In this document: one piece after another, positions 13,501-28,500 of the stretch
How positions within the stretch are numbered: the first letter of the stretch is position 1
How the letters are laid out: every line of letters begins with the position of its first letter
Assembly (NCBI GenBank): GCA_964016885.1
Contig: CAXHJY010000928.1
Coordinates: forward strand, 62,001-126,000
Direction of reading: 5' to 3'
Length of the DNA: 64,000 bases
Source of the DNA: Eledone cirrhosa
Lineage: Eukaryota
Notes under the pieces: generated by a model
Databases searched by the model: none
Told to the model about the DNA's origin: nothing
Seen by the model: only the letters and a program-made list of their open reading frames with translations
Made by a program: the position numbers and the translations under genes

Positions 13501-16500
13501 TATGAACTATACAATACAGTTGGGGTGAGCTACTAACCAAACAAAAGGAGCTATACTCTATATAGGGCTATATAAGCTAAGAGATAGGAACTATACAATA
13601 CAGTTGGGGTGAGCTACTAACCAAACAAAAGGAGCTATACTCTATATAGGGCTATATAAGCTAAGAGATAGGAACTATACAATACAGTTGGGGTGAGCTA
13701 CCAACCAAACAAAAGGAGCTATACTGTATATAGGGCTATATAAGCTAAGAGATAGGAACTACACACTACAGTTGGGGTTACCTACCAACCAAACAAAAGA
13801 AGCAATACGGTATACAGGGCTATAAAAGCTAAAAGATAGGAACTATACAATACAGTTGGGGTGACCTACCAACCAAACAAAAGAAGCAATACGGTATATA
13901 GGGCTATAAAAGCTTAGAGATAGGAACTATACAATACACTTAGAGTGAGCTACTAACCAAACAAAAGGAGCTATACTCTATATAGGGCTATATAAGCTAA
14001 GAGATAGGAAATATACAATACAGTTGGGGTGAGCTACCAACCAAACAAAAGGAGCTATACTGTATATAGGGCTATAAAAGCTAAGAGATAGGAACTATAC
14101 AATACAGTTGGGGTGAGCTACCAACCAAACAAAAGGAGCTATACTGTATATAGGGCTATAAAAGCTAAGAGATAGGAACTATACAATACAGTTGGGGTGA
14201 GCTACCAACCAAACAAAAGGAACTATACTGTATATAGGGCTATACAAGCTAAGAGATAGGAACTATACAATACAGTTGGGGTGAGCTACCAACCAAACAA
14301 AAGGTGCTATACTGTATATAGGGCTATAAAAGCTAAGAGATAGGAACTATACAATACAGTTGGGGTGAGCTACCAACCAAACAAAAGGAACAATACTGTA
14401 TATAGGGCTATAAAAGCTAAGAGATATGAACTATACAATACAGTTGGGGTGAGCTACCAACCAAACAAAAGGAACAATACTGTATATAGGGCTATATAAG
14501 CTAAGAGATAGGAACTACACAATACAGTTGGGGTGAGCTACTAACCAAACAAAAGGAGCTATACTCTATATAGGGCTATAAAAGCTAAGAGATAGGAACT
14601 ACACAATACAGTTGGGGTGAGCTACTAACCAAACAAAAGGAGCTATACTCTATATAGGGCTATAAAAGCTAAGAGATATGAACTATACAATACAGTTGGG
14701 GTGAGCTACCAACCAAACAAAAGGAGCTATACTGTATATAGGGCTATAAAAGCTAAGAGATAGGAACTACACAATACAGTTGGGGTGAGCTACCAACCAA
14801 ACAAAAGGAGCTATACTCTATATAGGGCTATAAAAGCTAAGAGATTTGGAACTATACAATACAGTTGGGGTGAGCTACCAACCAAACAAAAGGAGCTATA
14901 CTGTATATAGGGCTATAAAAGCTAAGAGATAGGAACTATACAGTACAGTTGGGGTGAGCTACCAACCAAACAAAAGGAACAATACTCTATATAGGGCTAT
15001 AAAAGCTAAGAGATAGGAACTATACAATACAGTTGGGGTGAGCTACCAACCAAACAAAAGGAACAATACTCTATATAGGGCTATAAAAGCTAAGAGATAG
15101 GAACTATACAATACAGTTGGGGTGAGCTACCAACCAAACAGAAGGAGCAATACTCTATATAGGGCTATAAAAGCTAAGAGATAGGAACTATACAATACAG
15201 TTGGGGTGAGCTACCAACCAAACAAAAGGAACAATACTGTATATAGGGCTATAAAAGCTAAGAGATAGGAACTATACAATACAGTTGGGTTGAGCTACCA
15301 ACCAAGCAAAAGGAGCTATACTCTATATAGGGCTATAAAAGCTAAGAGATAGGAACTACACAATACAGTTGGGGTGAGCTACTAACCAAACAAAAGGAGC
15401 TATACTCTATATAGGGCTATAAAAGCTAAGAGATATGAACTATACAATACAGTTGGGGTGAGCTACCAACCAAACAAAAGGAGCTATACTCTATATAGGG
15501 CTATAAAAGCTAAGAGATTTGGAACTATACAATACAGTTGGGGTGAGCTACCAACCAAACAAAAGGAGCTATACTGTATATAGGGCTATAAAAGCTAAGA
15601 GATAGGAACTATACAGTACAGTTGGGGTGAGCTACCAACCAAACAAAAGGAACAATACTCTATATAGGGCTATAAAAGCTAAGAGATAGGAACTATACAA
15701 TACAGTTGGGGTGAGCTACCAACCAAACAAAAGGAACAATACTCTATATAGGGCTATAAAAACTAAGAGATAGGAACTATACAATACAGTTGGGGTGAGC
15801 TACCAACCAAACAGAAGGAGCAATACTCTATATAGGGCTATAAAAGCTAAGAGATAGGAACTATACAATACAGTTGGGGTGAGCTACCAACCAAACAAAA
15901 GGAACAATACTGTATATAGGGCTATAAAAGCTAAGAGATAGGAACTATACAATACAGTTGGGTTGAGCTACCAACCAAGCAAAAGGAGCAATACTCTATA
16001 TAGGGTTATAAAAGCTAAGAGATAGGAACTATACAATACAGTTGGGGTGAGCTACCAACCAAACAAAAGGAGCTATACTGTATATAGGGCTATAAAAGCT
16101 AAGAGATAGGAACTATACAGTACAGTTGGGGTGAGCTACCAACCAAACAAAAGGAACAATACTCTATATAGGGCTATAAAAGCTAAGAGATAGGAACTAT
16201 ACAATACAGTTGGGGTGAGCTACCAACCAAACAAAAGGAACAATACTCTATATAGGGCTATAAAAGCTAAGAGATAGGAACTATACAATACAGTTGGGGT
16301 GAGCTACCAACCAAACAGAAGGAGCAATACTCTATATAGGGCTATAAAAGCTAAGAGATAGGAACTATACAATACAGTTGGGGTGAGCTACCAACCAAAC
16401 AAAAGGAACAATACTGTATATAGGGCTATAAAAGCTAAGAGATAGGAACTATACAATACAGTTGGGGTGAGCTACCAACCAAGCAAAAGGAGCAATACTC

Positions 16501-19500
16501 TATATAGGGTTATAAAAGCTAAGAGATAGGAACTATACAATACAGTTGGGGTGAGCTACCAACCAAACAAAAGGAGCTATACTGTATATAGGGCTATAAA
16601 AGCTAAGAGAGAGGAACTATACAATACAGTTGGGGTGAGCTACTAACCAAACAAAAGGAGCTATACTCTATATAGGGCTATACAAGCTAAGAGATAGGAA
16701 CTATACAATACAGTTGGGGTGCGCTACCAACCAAACAAAAGGAGCTATACTCTATATAGGGTTATAAAAGCTAAGAGATAGGAACTATACAATACAGTTG
16801 GGGTGAGCTACTAACCAAACAAAAGGAGCTATACTGTATATAGGGCTATAAAAGCTAAGAGATATGAACTGTACAATACAGTTGGGGTGAGCTACCAACC
16901 AAACAAAAGGAGCTATACTGTATATAGTGCTATAAAAGCTAAGAGATATGAACTATACAATACAGTTGGGGTGAGCTACCAACCAAACAAAAGGAACAAT
17001 ATTGTATATAGGGCTATAAAAGCTAAGAGATAGGGACTACACAATACAGTTGGGGTGAGCTACCAACCAAACAAAAGGAACAATACTGTATATAGGGCTA
17101 TAAAATCTAAGAGATAGGAACTATACAATACAGTTGGGGTGAGCTACTAACCAAACAAAAGGAACAATACTGTATATAGGGCTATAAAAGCTAAGAGATA
17201 GGAACTGTACAATACAGTTGGGGTGAGCTACCAACCAAACAAAAGGAACTATACTGTATATAGGGCTATAAAAGCTAAGAGATAGGAACTGTACAATACA
17301 GTTGGGGTGAGCTACCAACCAAACAAAAGAAGCAATACGGTATATAGGGCTATAAAAGCTAAGAGATATGAACTATACAATACAGTTGGGGTGAGCTACC
17401 AACCAAACAAAAGGAGCTATACTGTATATAGGGCTATACAAGCTAAGAGATAGGAACTACACAATACAGTTGGGGTGAGCTACCAACCAAACAAAAGGAG
17501 CTATACTCTATATAGGGCTATAAAAGCTAAGAGAGAGGAACTATACAATACAGTTGGGGTGAGCTACTAACCAAACAAAAGGAGCTATACTCTATATAGG
17601 GCTATAAAAGCTAAGAGATAGGAACTATACAATACAGTTGGGGTGCGCTACCAACCAAACAAAAGGAGCTATACTCTATATAGGGTTATAAAAGCTAAGA
17701 GATAGGAACTATACAATACAGTTGGGGTGAGCTACTAACCAAACAAAAGGAGCTATACTGTATATAGGGCTATAAAAGCTAAGAGATATGAACTGTACAA
17801 TACAGTTGGGGTGAGCTACCAACCAAACAAAAGGAGCTATACTGTATATAGTGCTATAAAAGCTAAGAGATATGAACTATACAATACAGTTGGGGTGAGC
17901 TACCAACCAAACAAAAGGAACAATATTGTATATAGGGCTATAAAAGCTAAGAGATAGGGACTACACAATACAGTTGGGGTGAGCTACCAACCAAACAAAA
18001 GGAACAATACTGTATATAGGGCTATAAAATCTAAGAGATAGGAACTATACAATACAGTTGGGGTGAGCTACTAACCAAACAAAAGGAACAATACTGTATA
18101 TAGGGCTATAAAAGCTAAGAGATAGGAACTGTACAATACAGTTGGGGTGAGCTACCAACCAAACAAAAGGAACTATACTGTATATAGGGCTATAAAAGCT
18201 AAGAGATAGGAACTGTACAATACAGTTGGGGTGAGCTACCAACCAAACAAAAGAAGCAATACGGTATATAGGGCTATAAAAGCTAAGAGATATGAACTAT
18301 ACAATACAGTTGGGGTGAGCTACCAACCAAACAAAAGGAGCTATACTGTATATAGGGCTATACAAGCTAAGAGATAGGAACTACACAATACAGTTGGGGT
18401 GAGCTACCAACCAAACAAAAGGAGCTATACTCTATATAGGGCTATAAAAGCTAAGAGATTTGGAACTATACAATACAGTTGGGGTGAGCTACCAACCAAA
18501 CAAAAGGAGCTATACTGTATATAGGGCTATAAAAGCTAAGAGATAGGAACTATACAGTACAGTTGGGGTGAGCTACCAACCAAACAAAAGGAACAATACT
18601 GTATATAGGGCTATAAAAGCTAAGAGATAGGAACTATACAATACAGTTGGGGTGAGCTACCAACCAAACAAAAGGAACAATACTCTATATAGGGCTATAA
18701 AAGCTAAGAGATAGGAACTATACAATACAGTTGGGGTTCAGCTACCAACCAAACAGAAGGAGCAATACTCTATATAGGGCTATAAAAGCTAAGAGATAGG
18801 AACTATACAATACAGTTGGGGTGAGCTGCCAACCAAACAAAAGGAACAATACTGTATATAGGGCTATAAAAGCTAAGAGATAGGAACTATACAATACAGT
18901 TGGGGTGAGCTACCAACCAAGCAAAAGGAGCAATACTCTATATAGGGTTATAAAAGCTAAGAGATAGGAACTATACAATACAGTTGGGGTGAGCTACCAA
19001 CCAAACAAAAGGAGCTATACTGTATATAGGGCTATAAAAGCTAAGAGAGAGGAACTATACAATACAGTTGGGGTGAGCTACTAACCAAACAAAAGGAGCT
19101 ATACTCTATATAGGGCTATAAAAGCTAAGAGATAGGAACTATACAATACAGTTGGGGTGCGCTACCAACCAAACAAAAGGAGCTATACTCTATATAGGGT
19201 TATAAAAGCTAAGAGATAGGAACTATACAATACAGTTGGGGTGAGCTACTAACCAAACAAAAGGAGCTATACTGTATATAGGGCTATAAAAGCTAAGAGA
19301 TATGAACTGTACAATACAGTTGGGGTGAGCTACCAACCAAACAAAAGGAGCTATACTGTATATAGGGCTATAAAAGCTAAGAGATATGAACTATACAATA
19401 CAGTTGGGGTGAGCTACCAACCAAACAAAAGGAACAATACTGTATATAGGGCTATAAAATCTAAGAGATAGGAACTATACAATACAGTTGGGGTGAGCTA

Positions 19501-22500
19501 CTAACCAAACAAAAGGAACAATACTCTATATAGGGCTATAAAAGCTAAGAGATAGGAACTGTACAATACAGTTGGGGTGAGCTACCAACCAAACAAAAGG
19601 AACTATACTGTATATAGGGCTATAAAAGCTAAGAGATAGGAACTGTACAATACAGTTGGGGTGAGCTACCAACCAAACAAAAGAAGCAATACGGTATATA
19701 GGGCTATAAAAGCTAAGAGATATGAACTATACAATACAGTTGGGGTGAGCTACCAACCAAACAAAAGAAACAATACGGTATATAGGGCTATAAAAGCTAA
19801 GAGATAGGAACTATACAATACAGTTGGGGTGAGCTACCAACCAAACAAAAGGAGCTATACTGTATATAGGGCTATAAAGGCTAAGAGATAGGAACTGTAC
19901 AATACAGTTGGGGTGAGCTACCAACCAAACAAAACAAGCAATATGGTATATAGGGCTATAAAAGCTAAGAGATAGGAACTGTACAATACAGTTGGGGTGA
20001 GCTACCAACCAAACAAAAGGAGCTATACTGTATATAGGGCTATAAAAGCTAAGAGATAGGAACTATACAATACAGTTGGGGTGAGCTACCAACCAAACAA
20101 AAGGAGCTATACTGTATATAGGGCTATATAAGCTAAGAGATAGGAACTACACAATACAGTTGGGGTGAGCTACCAACCAAACAAAAGGAACAATACTGTA
20201 TATAGGGCTATAAAAGCTAAGAGAGAGGAACTATACAATACAGTTGGGGTGAGCTACTAACCAAACAAAAGGAGCTATACTGTATATAGGGCTATAAAAG
20301 CTAAGAGATAGGAACTATACAATACAGTTGGGGTGAGCTACTAACCAAACAAAAGGAGCTATACGGTATATAGAGCTATAAAAGCTAAGAGATAGGAACT
20401 GTACAATACAGTTGGGGTGAGCTACTAACCAAACAAAAGGAGCTATACGGTATATAGGGCTATAAAAGCTAAGAGATAGGAACTGTACAATACAGTTGGG
20501 GTGAGCTACCAACCAAACAAAAGGAACAATACTGTATATAGGGCTATAAAAGCTAAGAGATAGGAACTATACAGTACAGTTGGGGTGAGCTACCAACCAA
20601 ACAAAAGGAGCTATACTGTATATAGGGCTATAAAAGCTAAGAGATAGGAACTATACAATACAGTTGGGGTGAGCTACTAACCAAACAAAAGGAGCTATAC
20701 GGTATATAGAGCTATAAAAGCTAAGAGATAGGAACTGTACAATACAGTTGGGGTGAGCTACTAACCAAACAAAAGGAGCTATACGGTATATAGAGCTATA
20801 AAAGCTAAGAGATAGGAACTGTACAATACAGTTGGGGTGAGCTACCAACCAAACAAAAGGAACAATACTGTATATAGGGCTATAAAAGCTAAGAGATAGG
20901 AACTATACAATACAGTTGGGGTGAGCTACTAACCAAACAAAAGGAGCTATACGGTATATAGGGCTATAAAAGCTAAGAGATAGGAACTGTACAATACAGT
21001 TGGGGTGAGCTACCAACCAAACAAAAGGAACAATACTGTATATAGGGCTATAAAAGCTAAGAGATAGGAACTATACAGTACAGTTGGGGTGAGCTACCAA
21101 CCAAACAAAAGGAGCTATACTGTATATAGGGCTATAAAAGCTAAGAGATAGGAACTATACAATACAGTTGGGGTGAGCTACCAACCAAACAAAAGGAGCT
21201 ATACGGTATATAGAGCTATAAAAGCTAAGAGATAGGAACTGTACAATACAGTTGGGGTGAGCTACTAACCAAACAAAAGGAGCTATACTGTATATAGGGC
21301 TATAAAAGCTAAGAGATAGGAACTGTACAATACAGTTGGGGTGAGCTACCAACCAAACAAAAGGAGCTATACTGTATATAGGGCTATATAAGCTAAGAGA
21401 TAGGAACTACACACTACAGTTGGGGTTACCTACCAACCAAACAAAAGAAGCAATACGGTATACAGGGCTATAAAAGCTAAAAGATAGGAACTATACAATA
21501 CAGTTGGGGTGACCTACCAACCAAACAAAAGAAGCAATACGGTATATAGGGCTATAAAAGCTTAGAGATAGGAACTATACAATACACTTAGAGTGAGCTA
21601 CTAACCAAACAAAAGGAGCTATACTCTATATAGGGCTATATAAGCTAAGAGATAGGAAATATACAATACAGTTGGGGTGAGCTACCAACCAAACAAAAGG
21701 AGCTATACTGTATATAGGGCTATAAAAGCTAAGAGATAGGAACTATACAATACAGTTGGGGTGAGCTACCAACCAAACAAAAGGAGCTATACTGTATATA
21801 GGGCTATAAAAGCTAAGAGATAGGAACTATACAATACAGTTGGGGTGAGCTACCAACCAAACAAAAGGAACTATACTGTATATAGGGCTATACAAGCTAA
21901 GAGATAGGAACTATACAATACAGTTGGGGTGAGCTACCAACCAAACAAAAGGTGCTATACTGTATATAGGGCTATAAAAGCTAAGAGATAGGAACTATAC
22001 AATACAGTTGGGGTGAGCTACCAACCAAACAAAAGGAACAATACTGTATATAGGGCTATAAAAGCTAAGAGATATGAACTATACAATACAGTTGGGGTGA
22101 GCTACCAACCAAACAAAAGGAACAATACTGTATATAGGGCTATATAAGCTAAGAGATAGGAACTACACAATACAGTTGGGGTGAGCTACTAACCAAACAA
22201 AAGGAGCTATACTCTATATAGGGCTATAAAAGCTAAGAGATAGGAACTACACAATACAGTTGGGGTGAGCTACTAACCAAACAAAAGGAGCTATACTCTA
22301 TATAGGGCTATAAAAGCTAAGAGATATGAACTATACAATACAGTTGGGGTGAGCTACCAACCAAACAAAAGGAGCTATACTGTATATAGGGCTATAAAAG
22401 CTAAGAGATAGGAACTACACAATACAGTTGGGGTGAGCTACCAACCAAACAAAAGGAGCTATACTCTATATAGGGCTATAAAAGCTAAGAGATTTGGAAC

Positions 22501-25500
22501 TATACAATACAGTTGGGGTGAGCTACCAACCAAACAAAAGGAGCTATACTGTATATAGGGCTATAAAAGCTAAGAGATAGGAACTATACAGTACAGTTGG
22601 GGTGAGCTACCAACCAAACAAAAGGAACAATACTCTATATAGGGCTATAAAAGCTAAGAGATAGGAACTATACAATACAGTTGGGGTGAGCTACCAACCA
22701 AACAAAAGGAACAATACTCTATATAGGGCTATAAAAGCTAAGAGATAGGAACTATACAATACAGTTGGGGTGAGCTACCAACCAAACAGAAGGAGCAATA
22801 CTCTATATAGGGCTATAAAAGCTAAGAGATAGGAACTATACAATACAGTTGGGGTGAGCTACCAACCAAACAAAAGGAACAATACTGTATATAGGGCTAT
22901 AAAAGCTAAGAGATAGGAACTATACAATACAGTTGGGTTGAGCTACCAACCAAGCAAAAGGAGCTATACTCTATATAGGGCTATAAAAGCTAAGAGATAG
23001 GAACTACACAATACAGTTGGGGTGAGCTACTAACCAAACAAAAGGAGCTATACTCTATATAGGGCTATAAAAGCTAAGAGATATGAACTATACAATACAG
23101 TTGGGGTGAGCTACCAACCAAACAAAAGGAGCTATACTCTATATAGGGCTATAAAAGCTAAGAGATTTGGAACTATACAATACAGTTGGGGTGAGCTACC
23201 AACCAAACAAAAGGAGCTATACTGTATATAGGGCTATAAAAGCTAAGAGATAGGAACTATACAGTACAGTTGGGGTGAGCTACCAACCAAACAAAAGGAA
23301 CAATACTCTATATAGGGCTATAAAAGCTAAGAGATAGGAACTATACAATACAGTTGGGGTGAGCTACCAACCAAACAAAAGGAACAATACTCTATATAGG
23401 GCTATAAAAACTAAGAGATAGGAACTATACAATACAGTTGGGGTGAGCTACCAACCAAACAGAAGGAGCAATACTCTATATAGGGCTATAAAAGCTAAGA
23501 GATAGGAACTATACAATACAGTTGGGGTGAGCTACCAACCAAACAAAAGGAACAATACTGTATATAGGGCTATAAAAGCTAAGAGATAGGAACTATACAA
23601 TACAGTTGGGTTGAGCTACCAACCAAGCAAAAGGAGCAATACTCTATATAGGGTTATAAAAGCTAAGAGATAGGAACTATACAATACAGTTGGGGTGAGC
23701 TACCAACCAAACAAAAGGAGCTATACTGTATATAGGGCTATAAAAGCTAAGAGATAGGAACTATACAGTACAGTTGGGGTGAGCTACCAACCAAACAAAA
23801 GGAACAATACTCTATATAGGGCTATAAAAGCTAAGAGATAGGAACTATACAATACAGTTGGGGTGAGCTACCAACCAAACAAAAGGAACAATACTCTATA
23901 TAGGGCTATAAAAGCTAAGAGATAGGAACTATACAATACAGTTGGGGTGAGCTACCAACCAAACAGAAGGAGCAATACTCTATATAGGGCTATAAAAGCT
24001 AAGAGATAGGAACTATACAATACAGTTGGGGTGAGCTACCAACCAAACAAAAGGAACAATACTGTATATAGGGCTATAAAAGCTAAGAGATAGGAACTAT
24101 ACAATACAGTTGGGGTGAGCTACCAACCAAGCAAAAGGAGCAATACTCTATATAGGGTTATAAAAGCTAAGAGATAGGAACTATACAATACAGTTGGGGT
24201 GAGCTACCAACCAAACAAAAGGAGCTATACTGTATATAGGGCTATAAAAGCTAAGAGAGAGGAACTATACAATACAGTTGGGGTGAGCTACTAACCAAAC
24301 AAAAGGAGCTATACTCTATATAGGGCTATACAAGCTAAGAGATAGGAACTATACAATACAGTTGGGGTGCGCTACCAACCAAACAAAAGGAGCTATACTC
24401 TATATAGGGTTATAAAAGCTAAGAGATAGGAACTATACAATACAGTTGGGGTGAGCTACTAACCAAACAAAAGGAGCTATACTGTATATAGGGCTATAAA
24501 AGCTAAGAGATATGAACTGTACAATACAGTTGGGGTGAGCTACCAACCAAACAAAAGGAGCTATACTGTATATAGTGCTATAAAAGCTAAGAGATATGAA
24601 CTATACAATACAGTTGGGGTGAGCTACCAACCAAACAAAAGGAACAATATTGTATATAGGGCTATAAAAGCTAAGAGATAGGGACTACACAATACAGTTG
24701 GGGTGAGCTACCAACCAAACAAAAGGAACAATACTGTATATAGGGCTATAAAATCTAAGAGATAGGAACTATACAATACAGTTGGGGTGAGCTACTAACC
24801 AAACAAAAGGAACAATACTGTATATAGGGCTATAAAAGCTAAGAGATAGGAACTGTACAATACAGTTGGGGTGAGCTACCAACCAAACAAAAGGAACTAT
24901 ACTGTATATAGGGCTATAAAAGCTAAGAGATAGGAACTGTACAATACAGTTGGGGTGAGCTACCAACCAAACAAAAGAAGCAATACGGTATATAGGGCTA
25001 TAAAAGCTAAGAGATATGAACTATACAATACAGTTGGGGTGAGCTACCAACCAAACAAAAGGAGCTATACTGTATATAGGGCTATACAAGCTAAGAGATA
25101 GGAACTACACAATACAGTTGGGGTGAGCTACCAACCAAACAAAAGGAGCTATACTCTATATAGGGCTATAAAAGCTAAGAGAGAGGAACTATACAATACA
25201 GTTGGGGTGAGCTACTAACCAAACAAAAGGAGCTATACTCTATATAGGGCTATAAAAGCTAAGAGATAGGAACTATACAATACAGTTGGGGTGCGCTACC
25301 AACCAAACAAAAGGAGCTATACTCTATATAGGGTTATAAAAGCTAAGAGATAGGAACTATACAATACAGTTGGGGTGAGCTACTAACCAAACAAAAGGAG
25401 CTATACTGTATATAGGGCTATAAAAGCTAAGAGATATGAACTGTACAATACAGTTGGGGTGAGCTACCAACCAAACAAAAGGAGCTATACTGTATATAGT

Positions 25501-28500
25501 GCTATAAAAGCTAAGAGATATGAACTATACAATACAGTTGGGGTGAGCTACCAACCAAACAAAAGGAACAATATTGTATATAGGGCTATAAAAGCTAAGA
25601 GATAGGGACTACACAATACAGTTGGGGTGAGCTACCAACCAAACAAAAGGAACAATACTGTATATAGGGCTATAAAATCTAAGAGATAGGAACTATACAA
25701 TACAGTTGGGGTGAGCTACTAACCAAACAAAAGGAACAATACTGTATATAGGGCTATAAAAGCTAAGAGATAGGAACTGTACAATACAGTTGGGGTGAGC
25801 TACCAACCAAACAAAAGGAACTATACTGTATATAGGGCTATAAAAGCTAAGAGATAGGAACTGTACAATACAGTTGGGGTGAGCTACCAACCAAACAAAA
25901 GAAGCAATACGGTATATAGGGCTATAAAAGCTAAGAGATATGAACTATACAATACAGTTGGGGTGAGCTACCAACCAAACAAAAGGAGCTATACTGTATA
26001 TAGGGCTATACAAGCTAAGAGATAGGAACTACACAATACAGTTGGGGTGAGCTACCAACCAAACAAAAGGAGCTATACTCTATATAGGGCTATAAAAGCT
26101 AAGAGATTTGGAACTATACAATACAGTTGGGGTGAGCTACCAACCAAACAAAAGGAGCTATACTGTATATAGGGCTATAAAAGCTAAGAGATAGGAACTA
26201 TACAGTACAGTTGGGGTGAGCTACCAACCAAACAAAAGGAACAATACTGTATATAGGGCTATAAAAGCTAAGAGATAGGAACTATACAATACAGTTGGGG
26301 TGAGCTACCAACCAAACAAAAGGAACAATACTCTATATAGGGCTATAAAAGCTAAGAGATAGGAACTATACAATACAGTTGGGGTTCAGCTACCAACCAA
26401 ACAGAAGGAGCAATACTCTATATAGGGCTATAAAAGCTAAGAGATAGGAACTATACAATACAGTTGGGGTGAGCTGCCAACCAAACAAAAGGAACAATAC
26501 TGTATATAGGGCTATAAAAGCTAAGAGATAGGAACTATACAATACAGTTGGGGTGAGCTACCAACCAAGCAAAAGGAGCAATACTCTATATAGGGTTATA
26601 AAAGCTAAGAGATAGGAACTATACAATACAGTTGGGGTGAGCTACCAACCAAACAAAAGGAGCTATACTGTATATAGGGCTATAAAAGCTAAGAGAGAGG
26701 AACTATACAATACAGTTGGGGTGAGCTACTAACCAAACAAAAGGAGCTATACTCTATATAGGGCTATAAAAGCTAAGAGATAGGAACTATACAATACAGT
26801 TGGGGTGCGCTACCAACCAAACAAAAGGAGCTATACTCTATATAGGGTTATAAAAGCTAAGAGATAGGAACTATACAATACAGTTGGGGTGAGCTACTAA
26901 CCAAACAAAAGGAGCTATACTGTATATAGGGCTATAAAAGCTAAGAGATATGAACTGTACAATACAGTTGGGGTGAGCTACCAACCAAACAAAAGGAGCT
27001 ATACTGTATATAGGGCTATAAAAGCTAAGAGATATGAACTATACAATACAGTTGGGGTGAGCTACCAACCAAACAAAAGGAACAATACTGTATATAGGGC
27101 TATAAAATCTAAGAGATAGGAACTATACAATACAGTTGGGGTGAGCTACTAACCAAACAAAAGGAACAATACTCTATATAGGGCTATAAAAGCTAAGAGA
27201 TAGGAACTGTACAATACAGTTGGGGTGAGCTACCAACCAAACAAAAGGAACTATACTGTATATAGGGCTATAAAAGCTAAGAGATAGGAACTGTACAATA
27301 CAGTTGGGGTGAGCTACCAACCAAACAAAAGAAGCAATACGGTATATAGGGCTATAAAAGCTAAGAGATATGAACTATACAATACAGTTGGGGTGAGCTA
27401 CCAACCAAACAAAAGAAACAATACGGTATATAGGGCTATAAAAGCTAAGAGATAGGAACTATACAATACAGTTGGGGTGAGCTACCAACCAAACAAAAGG
27501 AGCTATACTGTATATAGGGCTATAAAGGCTAAGAGATAGGAACTGTACAATACAGTTGGGGTGAGCTACCAACCAAACAAAACAAGCAATATGGTATATA
27601 GGGCTATAAAAGCTAAGAGATAGGAACTGTACAATACAGTTGGGGTGAGCTACCAACCAAACAAAAGGAGCTATACTGTATATAGGGCTATAAAAGCTAA
27701 GAGATAGGAACTATACAATACAGTTGGGGTGAGCTACCAACCAAACAAAAGGAGCTATACTGTATATAGGGCTATATAAGCTAAGAGATAGGAACTACAC
27801 AATACAGTTGGGGTGAGCTACCAACCAAACAAAAGGAACAATACTGTATATAGGGCTATAAAAGCTAAGAGAGAGGAACTATACAATACAGTTGGGGTGA
27901 GCTACTAACCAAACAAAAGGAGCTATACTGTATATAGGGCTATAAAAGCTAAGAGATAGGAACTATACAATACAGTTGGGGTGAGCTACTAACCAAACAA
28001 AAGGAGCTATACGGTATATAGAGCTATAAAAGCTAAGAGATAGGAACTGTACAATACAGTTGGGGTGAGCTACTAACCAAACAAAAGGAGCTATACGGTA
28101 TATAGGGCTATAAAAGCTAAGAGATAGGAACTGTACAATACAGTTGGGGTGAGCTACCAACCAAACAAAAGGAACAATACTGTATATAGGGCTATAAAAG
28201 CTAAGAGATAGGAACTACACAATACAGTTGGGGTGAGCTACCAACCAAACAAAAGGAACTATACTGTATATAGGGCTATAAAAGCTAAGAGATAGGAACT
28301 GTACAATACAGTTGGGGTGAGCTACCAACCAAACAAAAGGAACAATACTGTATATAGGGCTATAAAAGCTAAGAGATAGGAACTACACAATACAGTTGGG
28401 GTGAGCTACTAACCAAACAAAAGGAGCTATACGGTATATAGAGCTATAAAAGCTAAGAGATAGGAACTATACAGTACAGTTGGGGTGAGCTACCAACCAA

